64,000 nt of DNA, taken from NCBI GenBank assembly GCA_032128875.1, contig JAVLKG010000013.1, positions 32,001-96,000 on the forward strand. The letters are read 5' to 3'. The notes under the pieces were generated by a model. The model worked only from the letters and a program-made list of their open reading frames with translations. It did no database searches and was not told where the DNA came from. Position 1 is the stretch's first letter, and every line of letters starts with the position of its first letter. The translations under genes and the position numbers were made by a program. Shown piece by piece: positions 1 through 10,352 of this stretch. Origin of the DNA: Candidatus Melainabacteria bacterium 17Bon1m (GTDB lineage Bacteria > Cyanobacteriota > Vampirovibrionia > Obscuribacterales > Obscuribacteraceae).

Positions 1-2
1 CC

Positions 3-302
3 GTCATTCACGACGTCGTTTGCATCTACGTGCAAGACCGTCGCGAGCGCGAGTTGCCACAGCCGAATGGCGTCCTGAGTGGGTTTGGGTACTTCCTGCG
101 GATACAAGATCCAAGTGGACTTAGCAAATTGGTTTGGAACAATGCCAAAACACGCCGGCAGTGGACGGAGAACTGGAAGGCTCACGAAGCCCGCATCTCT
201 GCCTCCATAGACGAGCGTAATTGCGAACTGCTCATCCTCAGCACTGAGGAAGACGAAAGCGCAATGGAGAGTGTTCTAAGTCTATTTGCTGGTCATGGAT
301 GA
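3..302 (+). CDS. DUF58 family protein, C-terminal part (truncated by window edge)
   Basis: The frame is open from position 3 and reads VIHDVVCIYVQDRRERELP, matching the DUF58 'HDV...DPRE.ELP' motif; ends LSTEED...LF. Confidence 0.75.
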   Translation, partial: VIHDVVCIYVQDRRERELPQPNGVLSGFGYFLRIQDPSGLSKLVWNNAKTRRQWTENWKAHEARISASIDERNCELLILSTEEDESAMESVLSLFAGHG

Positions 303-317
303 GTCTAATAGCCAAGG

Positions 318-1358
318 ATGTTTAACATGACTAGCAAATCTTTGACTGCCCTGTTTCTGGGGCTCTGGATGGGCTTATCTACGCCAGCTCAGAGCCAAGA
401 AATAGCCGCACCGCTTCCGAAGCCGCCGGAGACTGTTGTCCCTGCGCTCGAGAATCCGGTCACCGGCTTGATGGAGGCGGGACGGCTGATCATCACCGTT
501 TCTGCCACGCGCAAGTATGCCGATGGTCCGTCGGTTAACTACGGTTTTCGCACGGGTGAAGCAATTCCCGTCACCGTGGTCATTTCCGCTGATCCGGGCG
601 TACTTGTCGATATCGGATCATTGAAGGACAAGACAATCAGCAAAGGCGAAAGCGAATTCGAAATCATCGCTAAGCCGGTCGTTGTCCATTTGGAGCGGAA
701 TGGCAAAAACATTACCGTTCTTCAAATCGTTGTGCGCACGTGGAATCTGGACCCGTCTCTCGTCTTGAACTTCCAGTTTCACTACGCGACGAATTATCTG
801 CCGGATAAGAAAACACCGGCTTGGAAAGTCGGGACCACGCCTGACTTTGTCATCAGCACATCGAGAACTGCGACGCCTAGCAGCAAGCAGCTCCTTGATG
901 GAGACATGGGCAAGAAGGCAACCAATGTGCGTGCCGCAGAACCGCTGAAAATCGGCGGAATTCTCGTCATGCTCTTGGTGCCACTCTTCATCGCTTGGCG
1001 ATTGTGGAATATCTGGCGTCTTGCTGATCGGCTGACCAAAGCCCAACGCGCCTGGAAAGTTATCGATGAAGTGGTCCGCAATCGGGGCACTGCTGGCGGT
1101 GACTTTTCGATCGCTCAGTTGGAGCAAATCTCGGCTGCCCTGCGCGAGTATCTTGAGGTTGCATCGGTGTCCACTGCCCAGCTGCAGGAGCCGCTCGGCG
1201 AACGTTTTGCCGGGCACGAACGCAAGGCTGATATGTTGGCGAATTGCTTCGGTGCATTCGCCAAACTCGACCGCGCTATCTACGGAAAGGCAGAGCTGTC
1301 GCACGAAGAGTGTGATGCCTTGCTCGACGAGATCGCGCGCATCATCCCCAGAGAATAA
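318..1358 (+). CDS. Exported single-pass membrane protein, BatD/MxaA-like partner of a MoxR-DUF58 operon
   Basis: Signal peptide, beta-rich ectodomain, one TM (GGILVMLLVPLFIAW), helical C-terminal domain with 'ISAALREYL'; starts 15 bp after DUF58. Confidence 0.5.
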   Translation: MFNMTSKSLTALFLGLWMGLSTPAQSQEIAAPLPKPPETVVPALENPVTGLMEAGRLIITVSATRKYADGPSVNYGFRTGEAIPVTVVISADPGVLVDIGSLKDKTISKGESEFEIIAKPVVVHLERNGKNITVLQIVVRTWNLDPSLVLNFQFHYATNYLPDKKTPAWKVGTTPDFVISTSRTATPSSKQLLDGDMGKKATNVRAAEPLKIGGILVMLLVPLFIAWRLWNIWRLADRLTKAQRAWKVIDEVVRNRGTAGGDFSIAQLEQISAALREYLEVASVSTAQLQEPLGERFAGHERKADMLANCFGAFAKLDRAIYGKAELSHEECDALLDEIARIIPRE

Positions 1359-1370
1359 CTTGGGCCGTTC

Positions 1371-1394
1371 GTGGGGTCGCGTTGCACGCGACCT
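1371..1394 (+). repeat. REP-like palindrome
   Basis: GTGG-GGTCGCGT TGC ACGCGACC; near-identical copies at 6283-6305 (-) and 44906-44928. Confidence 0.7.
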
Positions 1395-1582
1395 TACTAC
1401 AGTCACGTTCGGCAAAAGTCGCCAATTGCCTGGGAGCGCGGGCGACTCGCCCGCTTCCTTGGTTTTACAACCTCACCAAGATTTACTTCAGCCGCCCGAC
1501 GGTTTCAAGAATCCGCTCGGGCCTTAACCGGAGAAACGGACGGCGAAAGCCGTTCGCGTTGTCTCCAGGAAGAGAGATAAAA

Positions 1583-3298
1583 GTGAAACACTTACGCACA
1601 CTCTCGCTCGCTCTGTGCCTTTCTTTGGGCGCATTCAGCGCAGCAATTGCAGAGGAACCGCAGGGAAATTCTCCGCACGTTCCTCTGATGGACCACATCC
1701 GCGATCACGGCGAAACGCTGATGCCTGTGGAAGCTCCAGCGCAAGAACCCACTCGTGAACCTGCGCAAGAGCCATCAAAGGAGCCAGGCAAGACATTTGT
1801 GCCTGGTGACAGCGACGGCGGTGTTTCAAGCGCCCCCGAAGCAACTGACAAAGACGGCAAGGCTGTCGCGCCTGGTCCGCAGGTGAAAGACATCAACGAG
1901 CTGCCTCCTGAGGTGCGTCGCATGCTTGGCGTGCGCGAACCGCAAGAGACTCTGGTGGAGCCGACTCCCGCAATGCGCGAGCAGCTCTACAAGCAGATCT
2001 GGACACAGATAGGCGCGGAGTATGTCGACGAGTCCAAACTCAAGGACTGGGAAGCTCGCCTCACCAAATATGACGGCAAGCTGAACAGCGCAGAAGAACT
2101 TGACGCAGCTCTCACCGAGCTCGTTGATAGCGTTGGCGATCGCTGGACGAAATACCAGAGCCCGACGTCAATCCGAGAGTTCAGTGCCATGGTCAAGGAC
2201 GGCTTCGTGCTGGCCGGCATGGTGTTGCGCAAGCATTCCGACAATGCCTGGCATATTGATAGCATGATGTACGATTCTGCAGCGCAGAAATCAGTGCTGC
2301 GGGAAGGTGACATCGTCGTCTCCATCAACGGTAAGAAGCTCGACAAACTCAGCGAGACTGAGGTGTTGAAGCTGAGCGCCGGACACGAAGGCGAAGTGAT
2401 GAACGTTGTTGCTGGTTGGGACGGGCAAATGCACGAAGTGCAGTTGACGCTCTTCCGTCCGATGAAGGATCGCGTACAAGTCGCGAAACTTCCCGACGAC
2501 GTCCTCTACATTCGCCTGCCTACTTACGAAAAGCCTGAGATTGTCGACGACTTCATGAAGCAGCTGAAGGCGCAATACTATGAGGCGAAGGGCGGCTTGA
2601 CCGGCATCGTTCTCGACCTGCGCAACAACAGCGGCGGACTGGTCGACATGGCTTTGAAGACTTCGTCGCTCTTCTTGGAGCAAGGCACCATGGTCAAATC
2701 CACGGTGCACAAAGGGCAGCTGGAAACGGTCACCGAATACAAGGTGAAACCGCTGGCGTCGTTTGCCAAAAGAATGATAACGGAGCCGCACATGCTCGAT
2801 TTCTTCAATTGGCTGCAGAACACGCCAATGGTGATTTTGATCAATGGCAGCACCGCGAGCTCTTCCGAAATCACGTCAGGTGCTCTTCAAGACAATGGGC
2901 GCGCTTACGTGATCGGAACGCATTCTTTCGGTAAGGCGGTGGCGTTTACCATTCAGGATCTTCCGAATGGCGGACGTTTCTTCCTCACCTCGATGAAGTA
3001 CCTCACGCCTAACGGTCACGATGTCTACGATGTCGGCATTCAGCCTGACCTCGTCGTCGAACAGCCGCGCGATGCGAAGAACGATGCGCAGCTTATCGCT
3101 GCACACGACTACATCGTCAAGCTGTCGGCGCAACGCTTCAAGCAAGTGCAGGATGGCAAAGACCTTGCCGCCAAGCCTGCGACTGAACTGAAGCATTTGG
3201 ATGCCAGCCCTTATCGCAAGCCGCTTCTCATTGCGGTACTTGTGATCGGTCTGGTTATCATCGCTTTCACTCAGCTCGCCAGCTACAAGAAGAAGTAA
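1583..3298 (+). CDS. ctpA: S41 family C-terminal processing peptidase (PDZ + S41) with C-terminal TM anchor
   Basis: GTG start at 1583 followed by a signal peptide; motifs DLRNNSGG, TASSSEITSGALQD, GTHSFGKA, GIQPD; PDZ 'LREGDIVVSING'. Confidence 0.9.
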   Translation: MKHLRTLSLALCLSLGAFSAAIAEEPQGNSPHVPLMDHIRDHGETLMPVEAPAQEPTREPAQEPSKEPGKTFVPGDSDGGVSSAPEATDKDGKAVAPGPQVKDINELPPEVRRMLGVREPQETLVEPTPAMREQLYKQIWTQIGAEYVDESKLKDWEARLTKYDGKLNSAEELDAALTELVDSVGDRWTKYQSPTSIREFSAMVKDGFVLAGMVLRKHSDNAWHIDSMMYDSAAQKSVLREGDIVVSINGKKLDKLSETEVLKLSAGHEGEVMNVVAGWDGQMHEVQLTLFRPMKDRVQVAKLPDDVLYIRLPTYEKPEIVDDFMKQLKAQYYEAKGGLTGIVLDLRNNSGGLVDMALKTSSLFLEQGTMVKSTVHKGQLETVTEYKVKPLASFAKRMITEPHMLDFFNWLQNTPMVILINGSTASSSEITSGALQDNGRAYVIGTHSFGKAVAFTIQDLPNGGRFFLTSMKYLTPNGHDVYDVGIQPDLVVEQPRDAKNDAQLIAAHDYIVKLSAQRFKQVQDGKDLAAKPATELKHLDASPYRKPLLIAVLVIGLVIIAFTQLASYKKK

Positions 3299-3313
3299 AC
3301 ATTGCTTTCGGTT

Positions 3314-3342
3314 GTAGGGGCGGCATTTATGCCGCCCGCCGA
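3314..3342 (+). repeat. GTAG-type REP palindrome
   Basis: GTAG-GGGCGGCAT TT ATGCCGCCC-GCCGA; related copy at 54684. Confidence 0.7.
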
Positions 3343-3364
3343 TTGCTATACCAAACGAAACTCA

Positions 3365-3398
3365 GGAAGCAAGCCATTCGGCTTGCTTCCCCTTTTTT
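3365..3398 (+). terminator. Intrinsic terminator after the S41 peptidase
   Basis: GGAAGCAAGCC-ATTC-GGCTTGCTTCC followed by CCTTTTTT. Confidence 0.75.
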
Positions 3399-3428
3399 CA
3401 AAAGATTACTAGGGTATGTCGTAGCACT

Positions 3429-3782
3429 GTGAGGCATATAAACTGTGATGTATCCTCTTGTTTTGCAAGTAGGAGTGTTTCGATCCTTAACGGAGCAAAA
3501 GTGCGTATTCGTTTAGTGTTTAACTGCATATTTCAGAGTTTCATAATTACATTGGTCTGTGTCTTTCTTGTGGCGTTATCGTTCGCGATAAGTGGATGTT
3601 TTGCAGATACAGCCCCGAAGTTGCTGGAAGAAAAGGTACGCGATGCTCTATTTGGTTTCTACCTCCTGTTTCTTGCTGCCTGGTTTTGGTTGATCGCGCC
3701 GTCTTTTTGGTGTTTGGTTTTCTTTTGTTTGTTGATTCGAAGAATTTTCCGGCCCGCTCAAAGTGACGAACCAACTAAATGA
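3429..3782 (+). CDS. Hypothetical small membrane protein (AT-rich; start uncertain)
   Basis: Two hydrophobic segments; low GC; no family recognised. Confidence 0.35.
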   Translation: MRHINCDVSSCFASRSVSILNGAKVRIRLVFNCIFQSFIITLVCVFLVALSFAISGCFADTAPKLLEEKVRDALFGFYLLFLAAWFWLIAPSFWCLVFFCLLIRRIFRPAQSDEPTK

Positions 3783-3930
3783 TCGCGATTGTGAAGTCGC
3801 TGGATCTCTTAACCTCACCTTAGTAAGCAAGCGCGCAGAATACCCGCAACAACAACCGCATAACTGCGAAAGCCTGACGAGATCAGGTTTGTAATGATGT
3901 GATTGCTGATATTCAAGGAAACTTTTTACT

Positions 3931-4188
3931 ATGATTTCTGCTGCTTCGGTTTCGTTTACGGACTTGATTTGCGAATTGCAAAAACGGCACAAGGCAAAGC
4001 AACGCTGGGATGATTCGGCGTATGTCGAATCGCTTATCTTCGATCTGCATATGGCACAGAAGAGCCTCCAGCGCTCGATTTACAACCAACAGGTCACTTC
4101 GATCAATCAAAGAGATCTGGTTGCAAAAACGAGATGCCAAACGCAGCGTGAAAAACTGCAATCGCGTTTGGATTATCCAGAACGCTAA
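3931..4188 (+). CDS. Hypothetical helical protein
   Basis: 85-aa ORF with AAGGA upstream, followed by a hairpin at 4238-4263. Confidence 0.4.
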   Translation: MISAASVSFTDLICELQKRHKAKQRWDDSAYVESLIFDLHMAQKSLQRSIYNQQVTSINQRDLVAKTRCQTQREKLQSRLDYPER

Positions 4189-4237
4189 GTTCCGTTACTT
4201 TTCTCCTGCGCAAAAGACTTATCCGGTCGGGATTCAA

Positions 4238-4263
4238 ACAGGGAAGCCGAAAGGCTTCCCTGT
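4238..4263. terminator. GNRA-capped hairpin, probable terminator
   Basis: ACAGGGAAGCC-GAAA-GGCTTCCCTGT with T-rich sequence downstream. Confidence 0.55.
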
Positions 4264-4754
4264 CGCCTTTTAGGTGTTTTTTTTGCGTTCGCGCGAGCTT
4301 TTGAGGGCTCAATGTTAAGTTGCGCAACAGTGTAAATTGACGTTTTATGTGCTTCTTAACCTCACCATAACCTTTTTGTGCTGGTGGCGTATATGGTGGC
4401 ATGAGCTAGCTGCGCGAGATCATGTTTTCTCGTATGAAAGTGGACTCGATTGGAAACCCTGAGTACGGGCGGTTCTTCTAAGCGCTGTTAGACCTTGCTT
4501 TGCAATGTGTTGAAACAATCTAGTGCTTCCGGAATTTAATGGTTGTTAGCGTTGGGTGTCACTTTCTTTTCCCTTCACTGGAAACCGATTTACTAAGTCC
4601 CGAGCCACCTTCTCTTTAGCCAGCATTGTTCAAGGTCTTCAAGACTTGAGCGACGCTCGCGCATCTCTCGGACAACCAATCCAAGTTTTCGACAGGAAGA
4701 CCGTAACGAAGGTTTTCCTATGAGTGCCTAACGGCAAAGCTGGAGATCTGCAGC

Positions 4755-6179
4755 ATGGATAAAACTCTCAATGACGCCCGCACAGCGATGATTGTGGGTG
4801 AGATTCGTATCGCGGCACCGGCGGAAGAGCAAAAGCACTTTGTTCTGAAGCCCATGCTTCAACTGGGCTCGAAGTACGGCAGAGGCTTCTTCTCTTCGCT
4901 CGAGCTGGTCTGGTATGCCTATGTCGGCAAACGTCACTGGAAGATGCTCGTTCGTCCGGAAGGGGCGAGCAAGTGGACTTTCGTCACGGTCGACAAGGTC
5001 GACTCTGTTGAAATTGCTGACCACGAGATGCATCGCCTGAGTGCGCGCATCAAAAAGTCCGGCACCTCGCAAGTCTTCGAATATAAGTTGCTGCTCGATG
5101 ACGAACTGGTTTTCGAGTCGCAAGGTCGCTTCCCGTCGCGCTCTGACTCCGCCAACGCGCGCACTGTTGTGTTCGGCGATTTTGCTGACGGAGCGACTGG
5201 CGCGAGCAAAATCGCACAAGCGGCGCTCTTGCTGAATCCCGATCTCGTCGTCATTCCTGGCGACATCGTCTACAAAAGCGGCTTGTTCAGTGAGTACCGA
5301 AAGCACCTCGACCCTGTGTTCAACGGCTCTGCGCCGGAAGGTGTGCCGCTCGCATCGACAACGGTCATCGCTGCGGCCGCTGGCAATCACGATACTCGCA
5401 TCCCTGACTTCGAGGACGCGCAGCAGCATTCTTCGAATGCGGATCTCTTCGCTTTCTTCAGGACTTGGCGTCACCCCGACAACGGTCCCAAGCTCAAGGC
5501 GAAGGACGTCGCAGACATGGTCTCCAAGCGCAAAGAAGGGCGCAAGCTGCTGGAGCAGTTTGGTCCCGAGTACATTCGCGCTTCGAACTACTGGTTCTTC
5601 CAAGGGGATGCGCAGTGGATTGTTCTCGATGCCAACAAGTACATGGACTGGCGCCACGATGACTTGCAGCGCTGGCTGAAACGCACTCTCAAAGCTGGTC
5701 GCCGCAAGACCTGGCGTTTCGTCACCTTCCACCAGCCCGGCTTTAACAGCGATCCGAAGTATCGCGCCGACTGGCGGATGCGAGTACTAGCGCCTATCTT
5801 CGAGGAGTTCGGAGTGGACGTTGTCTTCAGCGGGCACTGCCACTTCTACGAACGTCATCGTCCGATCAAGTTCCGCCCGCACGATGACGAGTCTGGTAAG
5901 AAGCGCAACCCGCGCGGTATCACGACCGTCGATCTGGAGTTTGACGGCGACACCAATCGCAAGCCGAATGGTGTCATCTACATCGTCACCGGCGCTGGCG
6001 GTACTCTTCTGAAGGAGGAGCTGCGTCCTAGTCTGCACGGAATTTCCGAGACTACCGCCTTCCTCTGCGAGAACAAAAACTCGCTCACGTTGCTCGATTT
6101 CGGTCAGCGCACACTGACTGTTCAGCAGCTTGATCACCGGCTGAAGGAAATCGACCGCATCGTCATCGACAAGAACTAA
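4755..6179 (+). CDS. Metallophosphoesterase, purple acid phosphatase-like
   Basis: Motifs FGDF, PGDIVY, GNHD, TFHQP, SGHCHFYER, YIVTGAGG. Confidence 0.85.
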   Translation: MDKTLNDARTAMIVGEIRIAAPAEEQKHFVLKPMLQLGSKYGRGFFSSLELVWYAYVGKRHWKMLVRPEGASKWTFVTVDKVDSVEIADHEMHRLSARIKKSGTSQVFEYKLLLDDELVFESQGRFPSRSDSANARTVVFGDFADGATGASKIAQAALLLNPDLVVIPGDIVYKSGLFSEYRKHLDPVFNGSAPEGVPLASTTVIAAAAGNHDTRIPDFEDAQQHSSNADLFAFFRTWRHPDNGPKLKAKDVADMVSKRKEGRKLLEQFGPEYIRASNYWFFQGDAQWIVLDANKYMDWRHDDLQRWLKRTLKAGRRKTWRFVTFHQPGFNSDPKYRADWRMRVLAPIFEEFGVDVVFSGHCHFYERHRPIKFRPHDDESGKKRNPRGITTVDLEFDGDTNRKPNGVIYIVTGAGGTLLKEELRPSLHGISETTAFLCENKNSLTLLDFGQRTLTVQQLDHRLKEIDRIVIDKN

Positions 6180-6282
6180 CACCCAACTTGTGGGGTGGAG
6201 ACTTGTCCTTCGGGATGGTCTTCGCCTCACTTCGTTTTGAAACTCGCTATACTACATCAAGTCACAGTTGCGCGTTAAAAAT

Positions 6283-6305
6283 GGGCGCGTGCAACGCGCC
6301 CCCAC
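6283..6305 (-). repeat. REP-like palindrome
   Basis: Reverse strand reads GTGGGGGCGCGTTGCACGCGCCC, 22/23 identical to 44906-44928. Confidence 0.7.
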
Positions 6306-6497
6306 GCAAAGGATTTTTGGGTGTACGAATAGTTGTTTCGCACGCATGGCGGAGCGCTTGATTACACAAGGGTTTGTGTCGCATGACAACTTTCTCGCGC
6401 GCTTTTGCGAGTTGTTAGAGTTTTGCCGCGTGGCTGAAGTACTGAGCTTTTAAGCATGTTTCTGACCATCAAGATTACTGTTAAGCAGCAAGTGTTA

Positions 6498-6527
6498 TTG
6501 ATCCAAGCGCGCGGAAACTCCTAGGTT
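6498..6527 (+). promoter_or_regulatory. Putative sigma70-type promoter of the MFS gene
   Basis: TTGATC-N18-TAGGTT followed by a pyrimidine-rich leader; same architecture recurs elsewhere in the window. Confidence 0.5.
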
Positions 6528-6660
6528 TTCACTTGTTCTTTTATCGGTTTCTCTCAATTCCTCGCACTCATCCCAAACCTCCTTTTCCATCGCATATTCG
6601 TAATTTGACCTTGTAGGAACGCACTCATTGCGCTCCGAATGAACACGAAGGGATCCTGTC

Positions 6661-8124
6661 ATGCAACCCAATGATGACAAGGACGCTCAATGGCGCCCTA
6701 AGATAGCCGCGGAAAAACGCTGGCCTGTATTCGGTTCGCTGATGTTGGTGATGCTTTTGGCAGCGATGGATCAAACCATCGTTTCCACTGCAATGCCGCG
6801 CATCATCGGCGAATTGCAGGGACTCGACCACTACTCCTGGGTGGCGACGTCGTACCTGCTTCTCTCGACTGTGACTTTGCCCCTCTACGCCAAACTCTCC
6901 GACGTCTTCGGGCGAAAGAGAATTTTGCTGTTCGGCGTGATTGTGTTCTTAATTGGCTCCGTTCTCTGCGGCTTCGCCCAGACGATGATGCAGCTGATTC
7001 TCGCGCGTGGCTTCCAGGGTATCGGAGCTGGAGCGCTTATGCCGATCGTTATGGCGACGATGGGTGATATGTTCAGCCCTCGCGAACGCGGGCGGTATCA
7101 AGGATTCGCAGGCGCAGTCTTTGCATTTTCGTCAGTCGCCGGTCCTTTCCTGGGCGGTTTTATCACCGACCACACGAGCTGGCGATGGGTGTTTCTCGTC
7201 AATTTACCGCTCGGCTTCATCGCCATGTTCGCGCTGATGCGCCTCATGCCTTCGTACGCAAGTGCGAAGTGGAAAGACGTCAGAATCGACTTTGTCGGCG
7301 CGGGCTTCCTCGTTGTGGGATTGACTTCGCTGTTGCTTGGTTTTACGTGGGCCGGCGTTTCGCTGCCCTGGACGTCACCAGTGATCATCGGCTTGTTCGC
7401 GGCGTTTGCCGTGAGCTTGGTCGGCTTTGTCGTAACCGAGCTGAAGGTCGCTGACCCGATTCTCGAGCTGCGTTTGTTTCGCAACGAAATCGTCTTCGTG
7501 TCCATGCTCGTGACGCTGTTGACGAACGCTGCGATGATGTCCGGCATCTTCTTTCTGCCGCTATTCATGCAGGAAGTGCTGGGACAGTCTGCTTCGGACA
7601 GCGGCACTGTGATGACGCCGATGATGATTGCGCTCGTGATTGCGAGTACGATTTCGGGGCAGTTCATCACGCGAACCGGACGCTACAAGCGCAATGCGAT
7701 GCTTGGTTCTGTCATCCTCGTTGCAGGCACCGTGCAGCTTTTGTTCCTTGGCGTCGACTCGACGACCTGGAATATCACGCTCGCGATGATCACAATGGGT
7801 CTCGGAATTGGCGTCGGCTCCAGTCTCTACACCACGGTTGTTCAGAATGCGGTGAAACAAACGCAGATGGGACAGGCGACTGGTGCCGTGACGCTGTTCC
7901 GTCAGATTGGCGGTACGGTCGGTTTGGCGCTGTTCGGCTCGATGGTGAGCACGGCAACCATCGGTGGCGGTGCGGCTAAGCTCGCATTTGCTGCTGCGCT
8001 GCATCATGTGTTCATCGGTGTTGTCGCGGTGGCGGGTCTTGCGATGGTGGTTTCGTGGTTCCTCAAGGAAATCCCGTTGCAGAGCCGTTCTGACGACGAC
8101 CCGCCGCCTCCGCCCGTGCACTAA
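6661..8124 (+). CDS. DHA2 (EmrB/QacA) family MFS efflux transporter
   Basis: ~14 TM; motifs AAMDQTIV, KLSDVFGRK, ARGFQGIG, GPFLGG, WRWVFLVNLP. Confidence 0.93.
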   Translation: MQPNDDKDAQWRPKIAAEKRWPVFGSLMLVMLLAAMDQTIVSTAMPRIIGELQGLDHYSWVATSYLLLSTVTLPLYAKLSDVFGRKRILLFGVIVFLIGSVLCGFAQTMMQLILARGFQGIGAGALMPIVMATMGDMFSPRERGRYQGFAGAVFAFSSVAGPFLGGFITDHTSWRWVFLVNLPLGFIAMFALMRLMPSYASAKWKDVRIDFVGAGFLVVGLTSLLLGFTWAGVSLPWTSPVIIGLFAAFAVSLVGFVVTELKVADPILELRLFRNEIVFVSMLVTLLTNAAMMSGIFFLPLFMQEVLGQSASDSGTVMTPMMIALVIASTISGQFITRTGRYKRNAMLGSVILVAGTVQLLFLGVDSTTWNITLAMITMGLGIGVGSSLYTTVVQNAVKQTQMGQATGAVTLFRQIGGTVGLALFGSMVSTATIGGGAAKLAFAAALHHVFIGVVAVAGLAMVVSWFLKEIPLQSRSDDDPPPPPVH

Positions 8125-8413
8125 TCACCTGTGATTGTGACGGGGTGAGAAACTAACGCGTAGCTGGCAAGTTGAGTGTTCATCGGACATTCGGCTTGCC
8201 GGTCTTCGCGCTTTCTTGCTGCGTTTTTTCTGAATCTTGTTTTGAAACTTTATATACTAAAAAAGATAGTATAATACTGGGCGAAAAAAGAAAGAGAGCG
8301 AACGCCCCGAGAAAAATCCCAGTGCGTCCGCTTCTTCCATGTTCTTACTTCAAAAGAACAATGCGTGTCGTCGACCCCGGGGGGCGTGGCCAGGCATCAT
8401 TTTAGCGAGGTCA

Positions 8414-9013
8414 TTACCAGTTTTTGAAACCGGAGAATATGCCGGTGAAGAACCCGCGAGGATTCAAGACCGGCTCGGAGTCGACCTTCACGAAAGACGT
8501 GTGCGGCACCGAAGTCACATCCAGCTTCGCAAGATTGCGGTTGCGCGCGGCGTTGGACTTGCATGCAGTCTGCGCGACGACAGCCAACTTCTCCGCCTCG
8601 TTGATGAAGTGCTCAGCGCACTTCTCCAGGTTGATGGCGAGCTGCTGGCGAGACGCCACGGCATCCTTGAGCACGAGAGTCGACTCGTAGGTGCCGAAGG
8701 GGCGCTTGCCGCTGTCACGCGCCTCGGTCTTGAGGCTGTGGGTCAGCATCAGGTCGGCGTAAGCCGACAGATCCAGACCATCCGGCAGCGTGACGGCTAT
8801 CCGCTCGGGAGCCGGGCTGTTTTCGTCCGCCATCTGACTTGCCGCAAGGGCAAGCTCTTTGGCGAGCAAGGTAGCGTTGCCGCTAACGATGAGAAGGCCC
8901 ATCGACTTCAAGCCGACGACTTCCAGGCAGGCTGACGTTTCCATCAGCACTTGAGCAAGGTCGCTTACGCGCTTCAGCACGATAGCGCCGCGACCGGGTT
9001 CAGTTATATTCAT
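8414..9013 (-). CDS. Hypothetical protein co-oriented downstream of ClpP
   Basis: 199-aa ORF, GGGAG RBS, GC3-biased codons. Confidence 0.7.
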   Translation of the reverse strand: MNITEPGRGAIVLKRVSDLAQVLMETSACLEVVGLKSMGLLIVSGNATLLAKELALAASQMADENSPAPERIAVTLPDGLDLSAYADLMLTHSLKTEARDSGKRPFGTYESTLVLKDAVASRQQLAINLEKCAEHFINEAEKLAVVAQTACKSNAARNRNLAKLDVTSVPHTSFVKVDSEPVLNPRGFFTGIFSGFKNW

Positions 9014-9104
9014 GGTTTACTCCCACTGAACAGGGTTGGGAGCAAGAGATGGAATGGGTGTTCCGAAAAACACCCACTCCAGTTTGAGAATTGCCGAGAC
9101 GCTC

Positions 9105-9896
9105 TTACTCTTGGCCGTCTTCGGTTTCGGACGATTGTCCACGCTTCTTCTGCGGATACGCGAAGCGAACATAGTCCGCATCGGTCGGATCCGTGCCGAG
9201 AATTCTGTCTGCGAGTCCAGCCGCGACAGTCTCTTCGGCATCAAGCCAGTAGTCGGTCTTCTTCCAGCGAGCCTTGATCTGGCGCACCGTCAGCTTCGAC
9301 TTGCTGGAGAGAATCTTCAGCAGCTTTTCCTGCAGGCGCGCAGTGAACTCGATGGAGTCTTCCATCTCGCTCACCTTGCCAGACGTGCCCGCCGAAACTT
9401 CGTGCAGAAGCACGAAAGCGTTGGGGCCAATCAAGCGGCGATCGCCGGCTTGCAGGAGAATCGAGCCCATGGACGCAGCGCGACCGAGAGCGACGACGGT
9501 CAGATAATGACCCGACAGCTTGAGGATGGTCAGGTAGTCGAACAGTGCCAGACCTTCTTTCACAAGTCCGCCGGGCGTGTTCAGAATCAGGGTGATGTTG
9601 GCCTTGGGAGCCAGGCGCGACCAGCGGGCGAGCGTGTTGATGCAGTTGCTGACGCTCTTTTCGCTGACGCTTTCGAAGAAGTTGTAGACAAAAGCACCGT
9701 CGGCAAAAGCCTGGTCGGCGCGACTGTACAGATTGTCGAGATCTATTTCGCCTTTGGCGACGTCGATCTCGAGTTTGCGCAGCTCAAGGGACTTGCGATA
9801 CTCCTCAGGCGTTGGCGTCTTCTTGCCATCACCATTGGTGTCAGGAGCAGCAGCTTTCAAGCTCTCGTCTTGAGCGGGAGTTTGATTGTTTTCCAT
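9105..9896 (-). CDS. clpP: ClpP family (S14) protease proteolytic subunit
   Basis: LNTPGG, GRAASMGSILLQAG (Ser), LLHEVS (His), KTDYWLDAEE (Asp), GLADRI; AAGGAG RBS. Confidence 0.88.
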   Translation of the reverse strand: MENNQTPAQDESLKAAAPDTNGDGKKTPTPEEYRKSLELRKLEIDVAKGEIDLDNLYSRADQAFADGAFVYNFFESVSEKSVSNCINTLARWSRLAPKANITLILNTPGGLVKEGLALFDYLTILKLSGHYLTVVALGRAASMGSILLQAGDRRLIGPNAFVLLHEVSAGTSGKVSEMEDSIEFTARLQEKLLKILSSKSKLTVRQIKARWKKTDYWLDAEETVAAGLADRILGTDPTDADYVRFAYPQKKRGQSSETEDGQE

Positions 9897-10324
9897 AACT
9901 AGTCTCCTTCACAACCTCGAGCAAATGGGCTCCGGTTGCGAAACATGTGAGATTGGAGAAGGGGATTTAGCGCGAAGTCAAAGAGCAGGAATACAAAAAG
10001 AGAAACAGTAAGAAACTCTATGAAGCTATCAATGGTGCTCTTTTTGTTTCAACGACCATGGTTTTGAGAACAGGCCGGCACACGTGTGAAACTGCCAGCA
10101 AATCAGCATCTTCAGTGATCGCTGCTTGGATACTCCCAGTTAGTACAGTTTGCAAAGCTTAGCGAGCTGTACTCGCTTGGCTCATTTGCTCGTTCTTGAC
10201 TATCGTTTGTTGCAGGCTGGCAGCGGTGGTGAAGCGCTTGGCTACTAGTGTCTGTTGTTGAACGTGTTTGTACTATGCAATGTCGTTTGGTTTGCGAAAA
10301 AACGAAATCGCGAGAGAAGCAGGC

Positions 10325-10352
10325 GACCGGTGAGAAATGAATCTCACCGGTC
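10325..10352 (-). terminator. Hairpin downstream of the small 10454-10666 gene
   Basis: GACCGGTGAGA-AATGAA-TCTCACCGGTC, a perfect 11-bp stem. Confidence 0.5.

Noticed and set aside
1382-1582. Upstream extensions in the ORF track (also 15859-16320, 29841-29927, 36511-36774, 44100-44237)
   Set aside because: They run through REPs, leaders or neighbouring genes. Better starts with an RBS or signal peptide lie downstream.
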